A stretch of 32,000 bases of DNA from Fastidiosibacter lacustris (GTDB taxonomy: Bacteria; Pseudomonadota; Gammaproteobacteria; Francisellales; Francisellaceae): positions 30,001 to 62,000 of the forward strand of contig NZ_QLIR01000009.1 of the NCBI RefSeq assembly GCF_003428155.1, in the 5' to 3' direction. Position 1 is the stretch's first letter. The number at the start of each line of letters is the position of its first letter. This document shows positions 11,178 through 21,193 of the stretch, piece after piece. The notes below the pieces were generated by a model. The model was not told the DNA's origin, made no database searches, and saw only the letters and a list, made by a program, of their open reading frames with translations. The position numbers and the translations under genes are program-made.

Positions 11178-12188
11178 TTATTTCGCATTAACCCATGCTT
11201 TTGTTGTTCTTAGCATTTGGTTTGAGAAGCCCCATTCATTGTCATACCAAGACAATACTTTTACCAAATTACCAATTACACGTGTCTGTGTTGCATCAAA
11301 AATAGAAGGATATGGATTATGATTAAAATCCATAGAAACAAGTGGATCAGTATTATATGCCAATATCCCTTTTAAGCTCTTTTCTGAAGCTGTTTTTAAA
11401 ATCTGGTTGACTTCTCCCACACTTGTGTGCTTTTTAGCTGTAAAGGTTAAATCAACAACGGACACATTAATCGTTGGTACTCGCATCGCAAAACCATCTA
11501 AGCGACCTTTAAGTTCAGGCAAAACCAAGCCAACCGCAGCAGCTGCACCTGTTTTTGTTGGAATCATGTTATGTGCCGCTGCACGTGCACGATGCACATC
11601 TGAATGATAGCTATCAACAATACACTGATCATTGGTATAAGCGTGAATGGTTGTCATTAAACCTTCTGCAATACCAACAGTATCATTTAATGATTTCGCA
11701 ATCGGTGCTAAACAATTTGTTGTACAAGATGCATTAGAAATAACGGTCATATTTGATGTTAAAACATGCTGATTAACGCCATAGACAATTGTTGCATCAA
11801 CATCACTACCACCTGGTGCTGAAATCACAACCTTTTTTGCACCTGCTTGTAAATGTGGCTGACACTTCTCCTTTGAGGTAAAAAGACCCGTACACTCAAA
11901 CACCACATCAATATCCAATGCTTTCCAAGGGAGATTGACAGGATTACGCTCAGCCAAAATTTTAATGCGATCGTGATTGATCACCATTTCATTGTTTTCA
12001 AGAGCAACATTAGCACTAAAACGACCATGTGTTGTGTCGTATTTCGTTAGGTGAACATTGATATCAGGGCTTCCTAAATCATTAATTGCGACGACTTTAA
12101 ATTGATCGCTTAAACCTGCTTCATAAATAGCACGTAGTACACAACGACCAATACGACCATAACCATTAATTGCAATTTTAATTGCCAT
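11178..12188 (-). CDS. gap: Glyceraldehyde-3-phosphate dehydrogenase
   Basis: 336 aa. '[17 protein letters not shown]', '[15 protein letters not shown]', '[12 protein letters not shown]' and '[12 protein letters not shown]' match GAPDH, including the catalytic Cys motif. Confidence 0.97.
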   Translation of the reverse strand: MAIKIAINGYGRIGRCVLRAIYEAGLSDQFKVVAINDLGSPDINVHLTKYDTTHGRFSANVALENNEMVINHDRIKILAERNPVNLPWKALDIDVVFECTGLFTSKEKCQPHLQAGAKKVVISAPGGSDVDATIVYGVNQHVLTSNMTVISNASCTTNCLAPIAKSLNDTVGIAEGLMTTIHAYTNDQCIVDSYHSDVHRARAAAHNMIPTKTGAAAAVGLVLPELKGRLDGFAMRVPTINVSVVDLTFTAKKHTSVGEVNQILKTASEKSLKGILAYNTDPLVSMDFNHNPYPSIFDATQTRVIGNLVKVLSWYDNEWGFSNQMLRTTKAWVNAK

Positions 12189-12261
12189 TTCTTATTTCTC
12201 CTTTATTATTTTAATATCAACCTTGCTATCATCTTGTTGAAACGAAGACTAAGGCTGCCAG

Positions 12262-14280
12262 CTAAACGTTTTCAATAATTGCTTTTCGTAATAATGCTTT
12301 TGCTTTTTGCTGGGCATGTTGTGCAGTTAAACCAAATTCTTGATAGAGTTTTTCGGCAGGTGCTGATTCGCCAAAGTGATTTAAACCAATCACATCCCCT
12401 CCTGCTTTTGGTAATAAACGATACCATAAATCACCTTGTGCTGCTTCCATGACAAGCACTGGAAGATTCTGTTTAATGACGCTGTTTCGATAGTACTCAG
12501 ATTGCAGCGTAAATTTCTCAACACATGGCATAGACACTACATTAGCTTTTATCCCTTCTTGGTCTAATAAATTTGCGGTCTCTAGCATAATGCTCACTTC
12601 TGAACCTGTAGCCATCAATGTAATCTCGGCTTGCACATTTTCTTTTAGCAAGTATCCACCCTTTTTAATCAAATTAAACTGATTTTTATCACTTACAACG
12701 GTTGGTAAGTTTTGACGAGATAATGCTAGTAATGATGGCGTGTTAGTTTCTTCAATAGCACATTGCCAAGCAATTGTAGTTTCAATAACATCAGCAGGAC
12801 GCCATACATTCAAGTTTGGCATCACTCTTAAACTGGGTAGATGTTCAATAGGTTGATGGGTTGGACCATCTTCACCCAAACCAATTGAATCATGTGTCAT
12901 TACATAAATAACCGGTTGCTTCATAATTGCACTCATGCGAATCGCATTTCTGGCATAATCTGTAAATACTAAGAATGTACCACCATAAGGTCTAAATCCA
13001 CCATACAGTGACATACCGTTCATCATCGCTACCATGCCAAACTCACGCACTCCATACGATAAATAGTTGGCGCCTTTAACAGAATGATCATTTACCCACT
13101 TACTTCCTGACCAATTTGTTAAGTTTGAGCCAGTTAAATCAGCAGAACCACCAAACATATCAGGCAACATTAAGCAGATTTGTTCTAACGCCATCTGCGA
13201 AGCTTTACGCGTTGCCACCATAGGTCTATTGTTGAAAAGTTTATTTAAATAGTCACCTATCTTCTCTACAAACCCTTGCGGTAAATCCCGTGATAAACGC
13301 AAGCTCAACTGAAGAAATTCTTGTGGATATAAAGCTTTATACGCTTGACATTGAGTCTGCCATTTTGCTTCCTGTGCTTGACCTTCTTCACACATATTCC
13401 AATCCGCATAAATATCAGCTGGAATCTCAAAAGGAGCATATGACCAGTTAAGCGCTTTACGCGTATTAGCTATTTCATCCTCACCTAGTGGTGCACCATG
13501 CACATGATGACTACCAGCTTTATTTGGCGCACCATGTCCAATTTGTGTCTTACAGCAAATCAACGTTGGTTTATTTGTTTCTCTTTGAGCCAAGGCAATT
13601 GCTTTATCAATAGCATCAAAATCATGACCATTAACATGACGAATTACCTGCCAACCATAAGCTTCATAACGCATGGCGACATCTTCAGTAAACCAACCGT
13701 TAACATCACCATCAATTGAAATATTATTATTGTCCCAAAAAGCAATAAGCTTACCTAATTGCAAGGTTCCTGCCAAAGAACTGGCTTCATGTGATAAACC
13801 TTCCATTAAACAACCATCACCTAAAAATACATAAGTGTAATGATCTATAATTTCATGATCTTGTTTGTTGTATGTTTGTGCTAAAAGTTTTTCTGCTAAA
13901 GCCATACCAACGGCATTAGCAAAACCTTGCCCTAATGGTCCAGTAGTTGTTTCGACGCCTGGCGCATAACTGTATTCTGGGTGTCCTGGCGTTTTAGAGT
14001 GAAGTTGTCTGAAGTTTTTTAATTCATCAATCGATAAATCATAACCTGTTAAATGTAATAAAGAATACAATAGCATCGAGCCATGACCATTGGATAGAAC
14101 AAATCGATCGCGATTATACCAACTTGGATTCTTAGGATTATATTTTAGATATTTTCGCCACAAAATAGTTGCGATATCTGCCATCCCCATCGGCATACCA
14201 GGATGACCAGATTTAGCTTTTTGTACAGCATCAATTGATAAAAAACGAATAGCGTTTGCAAGAGTTGAGTTTGAATTCAT
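12262..14280 (-). CDS. tkt: Transketolase
   Basis: '[26 protein letters not shown]', '[24 protein letters not shown]'-type region (here '[15 protein letters not shown]'), '[17 protein letters not shown]', '[13 protein letters not shown]', '[16 protein letters not shown]'. Start at ATG 14280 ([10 protein letters not shown]) is preferred over 14325. Confidence 0.96.
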   Translation of the reverse strand: MNSNSTLANAIRFLSIDAVQKAKSGHPGMPMGMADIATILWRKYLKYNPKNPSWYNRDRFVLSNGHGSMLLYSLLHLTGYDLSIDELKNFRQLHSKTPGHPEYSYAPGVETTTGPLGQGFANAVGMALAEKLLAQTYNKQDHEIIDHYTYVFLGDGCLMEGLSHEASSLAGTLQLGKLIAFWDNNNISIDGDVNGWFTEDVAMRYEAYGWQVIRHVNGHDFDAIDKAIALAQRETNKPTLICCKTQIGHGAPNKAGSHHVHGAPLGEDEIANTRKALNWSYAPFEIPADIYADWNMCEEGQAQEAKWQTQCQAYKALYPQEFLQLSLRLSRDLPQGFVEKIGDYLNKLFNNRPMVATRKASQMALEQICLMLPDMFGGSADLTGSNLTNWSGSKWVNDHSVKGANYLSYGVREFGMVAMMNGMSLYGGFRPYGGTFLVFTDYARNAIRMSAIMKQPVIYVMTHDSIGLGEDGPTHQPIEHLPSLRVMPNLNVWRPADVIETTIAWQCAIEETNTPSLLALSRQNLPTVVSDKNQFNLIKKGGYLLKENVQAEITLMATGSEVSIMLETANLLDQEGIKANVVSMPCVEKFTLQSEYYRNSVIKQNLPVLVMEAAQGDLWYRLLPKAGGDVIGLNHFGESAPAEKLYQEFGLTAQHAQQKAKALLRKAIIENV

Positions 14281-14364
14281 CTGCATCCCAAAAGTTGAAA
14301 ATGTTGGCGTGAAGAAGTTTATCACAACTGTTTGCTAAATGCAGTGGTGATTGTAAGTAATCTT

Positions 14365-16167
14365 TTAGTCATATAGCAAATCCAAATATTCGACTTTTAA
14401 GTTCAAATAGCTTTGACCATTAAAATGCTCTTTTGTTAAGCGGTAAGCCACTTGCACTTTACTGCCTACCGCAAACATATGGGTATTTTTATATTCTGTA
14501 GCAAAAAACCAAATACTCCTTAAGACTTTATCCTCAATTTTTAGCATCAACTGCATGTGTTGTGCTTCCTGCCCTACCATTTTAAGCGCTACAATCTCGG
14601 CTTTATTATAAAAGATAGGTGCTTCAAACTCACGCCCATATGGCTCAAGATAAGCAAACTTGTCAACTTGATTAAGATTAAAGTCCTCAGCACTTAACTC
14701 ACCGTCACAATAAATAATTGGTCCAATTGATATTTTATTATGCTCAATTTGACTTTGGCAACAAGCATCAAATAACATACAAAAATCAACAAGTTTGTTT
14801 TTATAGATCGTCAAACCTGCTGCTCCTGTATGTCCACCATATTTAATTAAAATCTCATGCGAATTCTGGGCGATTTGATCTAATACATTTTTGATATTTA
14901 GACCATCAATGCTACGGGCAGAACCAGTAATGATTTCATCTTCACCTAGTTTTGGAGAAAACAAGATTGTTGGCAAACCGAATGTATCCTTGATACGACT
15001 GGCCGAAATACCATGCACACCAGCATGTCCGTCCTTCAAGTAAACACAAATACTACTTTGTCCTTGTTGATGTTGTTTTGAAGCTTCAATCATAGCCAAA
15101 TGTGTTATTTGCTTTTGAATGTCCTTACGCTTTTGGTTTTGTTGCTGTAAAAAGTCGACCCATTCATATGTTTTTTCATGCTCTTTAGATAACAAGAAGC
15201 TCACCGAGCTTAAGGCATCCGAAATGCGTCCATCACTGTTAAGCAAAGGCGCAATCATAAAACCTAAAAACTCACTATCGACCTTATGATGAAAATAATT
15301 GCTAAAACTTTTCCAACAACTACGCTGTAAACTCGAAATTTTACACATACCATAATATGCAACAACTCTATTATTTATGCTTTTTGCCATTGATACACAA
15401 TCGGCAATTGTTCCAACTGCAACAAAATCTAATAAATCGCTTAATTGATAATCGGTGTTGATTTTTTTGTCTGTAAAAAGCATTAATCTTCTGACCTCTG
15501 CCATTAATAACCATGCAACCATGCAGCCGGCAATATAAGGATCTTTGTATTCACAACCTTCTTGAGTAGGATTTAATACCGCATAGGCACTTTTAGGCAC
15601 TCCTTCTTCAGGAATACTATGGTGATCTGTAACAATCACATCAATATTGTGTGATTTTAATAATGCAATACGTGATTCATCTGTTGAACCATTATCAGCT
15701 GTGATCACCAAACTTGGACTATTATCGTCGTTTAATATCCTTTGTGCTAAAGCATCCGACAAACCATAGCCTTCTTGCATTCTATGACCAATATAGGAAC
15801 GAATTTTATCCTCTGGATGATTAAATAACTTAGTCAAAGCTTCATGTAAAATCGCATGAGAGGTTTGACCATCACAATCATGATCGGTTTCAAGTCCAAT
15901 AATTTCCTCTTTTTCAAGCGCTTCAATAATGCGTTTTGCTGCCTTAGTTGCATCCTTTAACAAATAAGGAGGCGTAAGAAACGCAAGTTTAAGTTTAACG
16001 AGTTTAAGAGCATATTCAGGATCTTCAATACGCCTTGCTATAATTCCTGCAATAAAGGCATCAACTTTGTTTTCAATTAAAGTTTTAAAAACTTGACGAT
16101 GAAATGCTCTAAGTTCAATCTTAACCTTTGGACGCTGAATTTTAAGAATATCAACGATTTCACTCAC
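14365..16167 (-). CDS. recJ: DHH-family single-strand-specific exonuclease, RecJ-like
   Basis: 600 aa. 'LETDHDCDGQTSHAI' (motif I variant), 'ITADNGSTDESR', 'VIVTDHHSIPEEG', and the DHHA1-like 'KYGGHTGAAGLTI' (GGH) motif. Confidence 0.8.
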   Translation of the reverse strand: MSEIVDILKIQRPKVKIELRAFHRQVFKTLIENKVDAFIAGIIARRIEDPEYALKLVKLKLAFLTPPYLLKDATKAAKRIIEALEKEEIIGLETDHDCDGQTSHAILHEALTKLFNHPEDKIRSYIGHRMQEGYGLSDALAQRILNDDNSPSLVITADNGSTDESRIALLKSHNIDVIVTDHHSIPEEGVPKSAYAVLNPTQEGCEYKDPYIAGCMVAWLLMAEVRRLMLFTDKKINTDYQLSDLLDFVAVGTIADCVSMAKSINNRVVAYYGMCKISSLQRSCWKSFSNYFHHKVDSEFLGFMIAPLLNSDGRISDALSSVSFLLSKEHEKTYEWVDFLQQQNQKRKDIQKQITHLAMIEASKQHQQGQSSICVYLKDGHAGVHGISASRIKDTFGLPTILFSPKLGEDEIITGSARSIDGLNIKNVLDQIAQNSHEILIKYGGHTGAAGLTIYKNKLVDFCMLFDACCQSQIEHNKISIGPIIYCDGELSAEDFNLNQVDKFAYLEPYGREFEAPIFYNKAEIVALKMVGQEAQHMQLMLKIEDKVLRSIWFFATEYKNTHMFAVGSKVQVAYRLTKEHFNGQSYLNLKVEYLDLLYD

Positions 16168-17259
16168 TTAAGCCTCCTTTGGCTTACGGTTATTGATATT
16201 ACGCCTTGTCCACATCTTAACTCCTGAGTTGATAAGTGCTGCTAATGGTATAGCAAAAAAGAGTCCCCAAAATCCCCATATACCACCAAAAACAAGTACA
16301 GAAGCAATAACCGCAACTGGATGTAAACTTAAGGCCTCTGAGAATAATAATGGCACCAATAAATTACCATCCAAACCTTGGATAATTAAATACACCAACA
16401 ACATATAGAAAAACTGAGAGGTAAAACCAAACTGGCTTAATCCAATTAAAACTATAGGAATCGTAACAATAACCATGCCAATATAAGGAATAAAAACTGA
16501 CAGCCCTACTAAAATCGCCAGTAGCAATGCATAGTTAAGACCAAACATGATAAAACCGATATAGGTTGCAAGGGTTACAATCAAACATTCAATCGTTTTC
16601 CCCTTAACGTAGTTACCCAATTGAGGTCGAACATCTGCCCATACCTCCTCTAAAGCACCTCGCTCATTTGGTAACATATTTACAAACCACCTGGCAATGC
16701 GTTCTTTGTCCTTTAAAAAGAAAAAAGCTAATAATGGCACGATAAACAAATATACTAGCCACGCGAAAATACTCGACAGCGACACCAATGAAAATTTAAT
16801 TAAATATTGACTTATTCCTGCAATTTTATCAAATTTGATATTAGATATCGCACTGATTCCCTCTTTAATCTGCTCAGACGTAATGATATTAGGATATTTT
16901 TGTGATAGCTTTAACAAGCTTGCATGCAAGTTGTTGATTTGCTCAGGAATACTTTGCAGAAACTGTCCTGCTTGGTGCATCAAAGCAGGTAGCACAAATA
17001 ATAATATTGCAATAACAACTGAAATAAATGCTAAAAAGACAAGGTACACAGCAATACTACGGTTCACCTTTAAGCGCCTTGATAACAATGACACAACAGC
17101 CTCTAATAAATATGCGATCACCACACCAGCTAAAATTGGAGCCAATAAACCACCAAAGAAGTTAATAATAAGCACGGCTATAAACGTTACCACAATAAAT
17201 ACAGCAGGTTCATTACTGTCAAATTTTTTCTGATACCACTGTCTTAAATATTTAATCAA
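16168..17259 (-). CDS. AI-2E / PerM family membrane transporter
   Basis: 363 aa multi-pass protein. 'GLLAPILAGVVIAYLLEAVVSLLSRR', 'FIPYIGMVIVTIPIVLIGLSQFG' and 'LFFAIPLAALINSGVKMW' are typical of the family. Stop abuts the recJ-like start. Confidence 0.85.
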   Translation of the reverse strand: MIKYLRQWYQKKFDSNEPAVFIVVTFIAVLIINFFGGLLAPILAGVVIAYLLEAVVSLLSRRLKVNRSIAVYLVFLAFISVVIAILLFVLPALMHQAGQFLQSIPEQINNLHASLLKLSQKYPNIITSEQIKEGISAISNIKFDKIAGISQYLIKFSLVSLSSIFAWLVYLFIVPLLAFFFLKDKERIARWFVNMLPNERGALEEVWADVRPQLGNYVKGKTIECLIVTLATYIGFIMFGLNYALLLAILVGLSVFIPYIGMVIVTIPIVLIGLSQFGFTSQFFYMLLVYLIIQGLDGNLLVPLLFSEALSLHPVAVIASVLVFGGIWGFWGLFFAIPLAALINSGVKMWTRRNINNRKPKEA

Positions 17260-17327
17260 TTTATTACTCAGTCAGTTTGTTTTTTTGCCTTAAGATTCTA
17301 TAGTAGTTTGCTTACGCTTACAAATAA

Positions 17328-17345
17328 ATAGCATTTTTATGCTAT
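17328..17345. repeat. Perfect inverted repeat ATAGCAT-TTTT-ATGCTAT
   Basis: 7-bp arms and 4-nt loop read directly from the sequence, between the divergent perM-like and 17424 ORF starts. No U-tract follows on either strand. Confidence 0.5.
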
Positions 17346-17423
17346 CAAAGGTTTTAAAATTAATTAGGCTTTGCCATACTTGCCAACGTAATAGATTAAT
17401 AGATACATAATTATGGAGCAAAT

Positions 17424-17912
17424 ATGAGTCAGGAAACAATTACCAATATCAGTATTCAAAGCACAGCAACTTCCGACCCACAGTCACTTTTGGGAATCAG
17501 TATCGCTCTTGTGATTATGGTTATTATCTTTTATATTTTTTCTATCGCCTTTTCTTTTAGTGTGTATAAGCTACTAAAAGCAATACCTAGCGATAAAAAG
17601 ATCAGTCCCCCTTGGCTTGCCTGGATGCTTTTCATTCCCATTGTTGGTTATATATTTCAATGGATTGTTTTGCCATTTGGTGTTGGCAACGCCTTAAAAA
17701 AATATCAAGAAATGGAAATAAAATTAAGGGGTGACACGCTTTTTATTTTAGGGCTTATCCTTGTTATTTTACCGATTGTGTCACTTATCCCAATGACTTT
17801 CCCCTTTACTGCTATTACAGGTGTTATTATTTATATTATCTATTGGGTCAAAATAGTCCAAGTTAGAAAAATCATTCTGAAAACCACTACAACAGATTCG
17901 GCTGAGCAATAG
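17424..17912 (+). CDS. Hypothetical membrane protein (162 aa)
   Basis: At least 3 to 4 hydrophobic segments; 'PPWLAWMLFIPIVGYIFQWIVLPFGVGNALKKYQE' resembles small Pro-Trp-rich membrane proteins of unknown function. Confidence 0.65.
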   Translation: MSQETITNISIQSTATSDPQSLLGISIALVIMVIIFYIFSIAFSFSVYKLLKAIPSDKKISPPWLAWMLFIPIVGYIFQWIVLPFGVGNALKKYQEMEIKLRGDTLFILGLILVILPIVSLIPMTFPFTAITGVIIYIIYWVKIVQVRKIILKTTTTDSAEQ

Positions 17913-17993
17913 ATATTTCCCACTCCTTGATTCGACTATGTTCCTATTCCTTATAAAGCAATACTTTAAATAATGACTGCTAATGTTAAATAC

Positions 17994-18152
17994 TTATTCT
18001 TCATCTAAAAGTTTTTTATCCACAAAACTCGCAACACAACAACCTGCAGCTACCGCCATAAATGCCGTTATTAGCCATAGAATATAAAATGTCTCAAACA
18101 CATAAGATAAGACAAGCGCAATAATGGCAATAATCCATAATATTGATTTCAT
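17994..18152 (-). CDS. Small two-helix membrane protein following cydB (candidate cyd-oxidase accessory; 52 aa)
   Basis: Not in the supplied ORF track. Reverse-strand ATG at 18152, translation MKSILWIIAIIALVLSYVFETFYILWLITAFMAVAAGCCVASFVDKKLLDEE*. AAGGAG Shine-Dalgarno (complement of 18159..18164) 6 nt upstream; 15 nt after the cydB stop, same strand. Confidence 0.65.
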   Translation of the reverse strand: MKSILWIIAIIALVLSYVFETFYILWLITAFMAVAAGCCVASFVDKKLLDEE

Positions 18153-18167
18153 TACATTCTCCTTAAT

Positions 18168-19367
18168 TTAATATAACTCGTGTGAACGCTGTTGTACTTC
18201 TTGTGGTGTTAACTTCACACCTCTGCCCCACATTTTCTTGTAAACAAATGTTGTATAGATAAAGATAATTGGCAACGTAATGACAGCAACAATTAAAATA
18301 CCAATCAATGATACCAATGAGCTACTGGCGTTCCACAAGACCATGCTTTGCGAAGGCTCAATACTTGATGGCATAATAAATGGAAACAAACTAAAGCCTA
18401 GTGTGAATACCACACCAAAACATGCAATAACACTACCTGTGAATGCCAAACCTGCTTTTGATTTTTCTGCAAAACTAAACACCATAATTGCACCAACAAA
18501 ACCAAGTACGGGAGCGATTAGCATCCATAAATGGTTACCATAATTTACCCACCAACCACCTTGATTGATGGTGACTATACCTCCTGTTAATGGATGCTCA
18601 ATCGCTTGTGAGTAAGTGCTAAGGTCATGGTTTAATTGCCAATGAAAGCCAGGTATAAAAATAAGCCAAACACCACCTAAGGCAAACAATATAAGAAATA
18701 ACCACGCACTGATTTTTTGAATTTTAACAAAACGATCATACAATGCACCTGAAGTACGCATGGCACAATAGGAAGCTCCATGCATAATTGACATGACAAC
18801 TGCAAAAATACCAATAAATAATGCAAAGGGTTTTAATAAACCAAATAGTGAAATAAAGGCTGGCTCTTGTAATAGATCTTTGCTTGCACCATAGTAAAAG
18901 CGTAAAGTTTGCGGATCAAATTGAAAAGGTAACCCAAGGAATAAATTACCAATCGCAACACCAATAATCAAAATAGGAATCAGACTACCTAAGCACAACA
19001 TCCAATCCCAAAAGTTTGCCCACTTAATATTTTCAATTTTATGGCGATATTCAAACGCCACTGGTCGCAAGAATAATGCCCAAAGGACAACAAGTACACC
19101 TAGATACATACCGGAAAAGGATCCTGCATATACTCGCGGCCAAATGGCAAAAAGCCCTGCTCCTGCGGTAATCAACCAAACCTGATTGCCATCCCACGTG
19201 GGTGCCACAATATTGATAATAACACGTTTCTCATTGTCATTCTTCCCTACAAAACGTGCTAAAATTCCTGCACCAAAGTCAAAACAGATTGTGGCTGCTG
19301 CTAAGAACATAACCAAACCCACAGCTAACCAGCTTAACAACTGAACAATACTATATAAATCCATCAT
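18168..19367 (-). CDS. cydB: Cytochrome bd ubiquinol oxidase subunit II
   Basis: 399 aa. 'FDFGAGILARFVG', 'TWDGNQVWLITAGAGLFAIWPRVYA' and 'LRPVAFEYRHK' match CydB. Confidence 0.95.
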   Translation of the reverse strand: MMDLYSIVQLLSWLAVGLVMFLAAATICFDFGAGILARFVGKNDNEKRVIINIVAPTWDGNQVWLITAGAGLFAIWPRVYAGSFSGMYLGVLVVLWALFLRPVAFEYRHKIENIKWANFWDWMLCLGSLIPILIIGVAIGNLFLGLPFQFDPQTLRFYYGASKDLLQEPAFISLFGLLKPFALFIGIFAVVMSIMHGASYCAMRTSGALYDRFVKIQKISAWLFLILFALGGVWLIFIPGFHWQLNHDLSTYSQAIEHPLTGGIVTINQGGWWVNYGNHLWMLIAPVLGFVGAIMVFSFAEKSKAGLAFTGSVIACFGVVFTLGFSLFPFIMPSSIEPSQSMVLWNASSSLVSLIGILIVAVITLPIIFIYTTFVYKKMWGRGVKLTPQEVQQRSHELY

Positions 19368-19369
19368 GA

Positions 19370-20974
19370 TTAGTTCCCCCGTTTATGTTCTTGTGAGTTT
19401 TGGAACGAGCCGCTAGGTCCTAAGCGTGCAAATTTGATCATTAAATACATCTCAACTGCAAACAATAATGCGTAGAACAAACAAAATACCACCAAGGTAA
19501 ACAAAATATCCCAACCATTAATCATTGAAGAGCTCACTGTTGTTGGCAACATCTCATATACCGTCCAAGGTTGACGACCGTGTTCAGTTACAATCCAACC
19601 ACATAAACAGGCAATCCAAGGCAATGGAATCATATACAGCATGGTTCTTAAGAGCCAGCGTTTTTCCCATAATGTTTTTCTAAAAAGTAACACAAGCCCT
19701 ACAATAATGACCAAGAACATAAATACACCAATGCTAACCATGATTCTAAATGTCCAGAAAATCGCTGCGACATTAGGTACTGAATCCAAGGCAGCAGCAT
19801 TGATTTGCTCAGATGTTGCAGAAGTAAGTGACTCGCCTACAGGTAAATAGCGTTGCAGCAACATCCCATAGCCTAAATCCTGGTGGTACTGATTGTAGAT
19901 CTCTTGATCCTGTGAACTGGACTTCCCAGCACGCATTTTCATCATTGCTTCATAGGCTTTAGCACCATTAGCAATTCGTGTTGTTACTGCTGGGATTTCT
20001 TTACCTGTCACCACATCGACATAACCGTCATATAAAAGCGTATTTACACCATATATTTTCTGATCAAATGAGTGTGTTGCAAGTAATCCTAGCAATTTAG
20101 GAATTTGAATAGAAAAATCATTTTTTTGCTCAGACTGACTAGGAAAAGCAATCACATTAAAATTAGCAGGTGGCGTTTGTGTTCCCCATTCTGCCTCGAT
20201 TGCAGCCAATTTCATCGGTTGATACTTATAAGCTAGAATCCCTTGCTCATCACCCATTACCATGACCATTAAAGATGCAACTAAACCAAAGCCCAAACCA
20301 ATTCCCATCGATCTTTTAGCGAAACCAACATCCTTTTTACGCAATAAATAAAATGAACTAATACCAATCACAAAAACAGATGAAGTGATATAACCGGCAA
20401 TCACTGTATGAGCAAAGCCAATTTGAGCAATTGGATTAATGAATAGATCCCATAAATGCGTTGTTTCCATACGCATGGTTTGCCATACAAATTCACCTCC
20501 TGCTGGCACCTGCATAAAACCATTGGCAACTAAGATCAATAAAGCAGACAAGTTAGAACCAAATGCTAAGCAAAAAGTAACGGCTAAATGCTGCTTTTTA
20601 GAAAGTTTGTTCCAACCAAGGAAAAACATTCCTACAAAAGTTGACTCCAACATAAAAGCAACCAAGCCTTCAATTGCAAGAGGGGTTCCAAAAATATCAC
20701 CAACAAATTGTGAATAGTACGCCCAGTTTAAACCAAAAGAAAACTCCATAGTCAAGCCAGAAAGGACACCTACTGCAAAATTAATACCAAGGAGCTTGCC
20801 CCAGAATTTAGTCATATCCTTATAAACTTGCTTACCTGTCATAACGTACATGAGCTCCATCGTGAAAATAATCCAAGTTAGCCCTAACGTTAATGGCACA
20901 AAAATAAAGTGAAAACAAGCAACGAAGGCAAATTGCCAACGAGCAAGCTCCACTGATAGTAGACTTGGTATCAT
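19370..20974 (-). CDS. cydA: Cytochrome bd ubiquinol oxidase subunit I
   Basis: 534 aa. 'LLSVELARWQFAFVACFHFIFVPLTLGL', 'GVLSGLTMEFSFGLNWAYYSQFVGDIFGTPLAIE' and 'VTEHGRQPWTVYEMLPT' match CydA. The Q-loop region is long. Confidence 0.95.
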   Translation of the reverse strand: MIPSLLSVELARWQFAFVACFHFIFVPLTLGLTWIIFTMELMYVMTGKQVYKDMTKFWGKLLGINFAVGVLSGLTMEFSFGLNWAYYSQFVGDIFGTPLAIEGLVAFMLESTFVGMFFLGWNKLSKKQHLAVTFCLAFGSNLSALLILVANGFMQVPAGGEFVWQTMRMETTHLWDLFINPIAQIGFAHTVIAGYITSSVFVIGISSFYLLRKKDVGFAKRSMGIGLGFGLVASLMVMVMGDEQGILAYKYQPMKLAAIEAEWGTQTPPANFNVIAFPSQSEQKNDFSIQIPKLLGLLATHSFDQKIYGVNTLLYDGYVDVVTGKEIPAVTTRIANGAKAYEAMMKMRAGKSSSQDQEIYNQYHQDLGYGMLLQRYLPVGESLTSATSEQINAAALDSVPNVAAIFWTFRIMVSIGVFMFLVIIVGLVLLFRKTLWEKRWLLRTMLYMIPLPWIACLCGWIVTEHGRQPWTVYEMLPTTVSSSMINGWDILFTLVVFCLFYALLFAVEMYLMIKFARLGPSGSFQNSQEHKRGN

Positions 20975-21117
20975 CTATATAACCCTTCATGTGATTGAAC
21001 AAAATAAAGTGTTTTGTTAGAAATCAAATTACAAAATCACTGGGGATTTATTTTAACGCTTGGTGCTTTAAGGCTAAATAGCAAAACCAAAATCACATTA
21101 TCAAGCTGTTATGTTTA

Positions 21118-21131
21118 TTGATTTAAATCAA
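21118..21131. promoter_or_regulatory. FNR-type binding site TTGAT-TTAA-ATCAA
   Basis: Exact match to the FNR/ANR consensus TTGAT-N4-ATCAA, between divergent cydA and an FNR-type regulator gene. Confidence 0.75.
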
Positions 21132-21151
21132 CTTTCTTATAAAAAAACAGG

Positions 21152-21157
21152 TATAAT
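21152..21157 (+). promoter_or_regulatory. Candidate -10 hexamer TATAAT for the fnr-like gene
   Basis: Consensus TATAAT 36 nt upstream of the ATG at 21194. Its centre is 30 nt downstream of the FNR-box centre, close to class II activator spacing. Confidence 0.45.
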
Positions 21158-21193
21158 TTATCAGCCTTTAAATACACCTGATAGCACTCACAT

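Noticed and set aside
16835-17233. 132-aa + strand ORF opposite the perM-like gene (and 16193..16408)
   Set aside because: Antisense to a clear multi-pass membrane protein. Long antisense frames are expected opposite hydrophobic genes.
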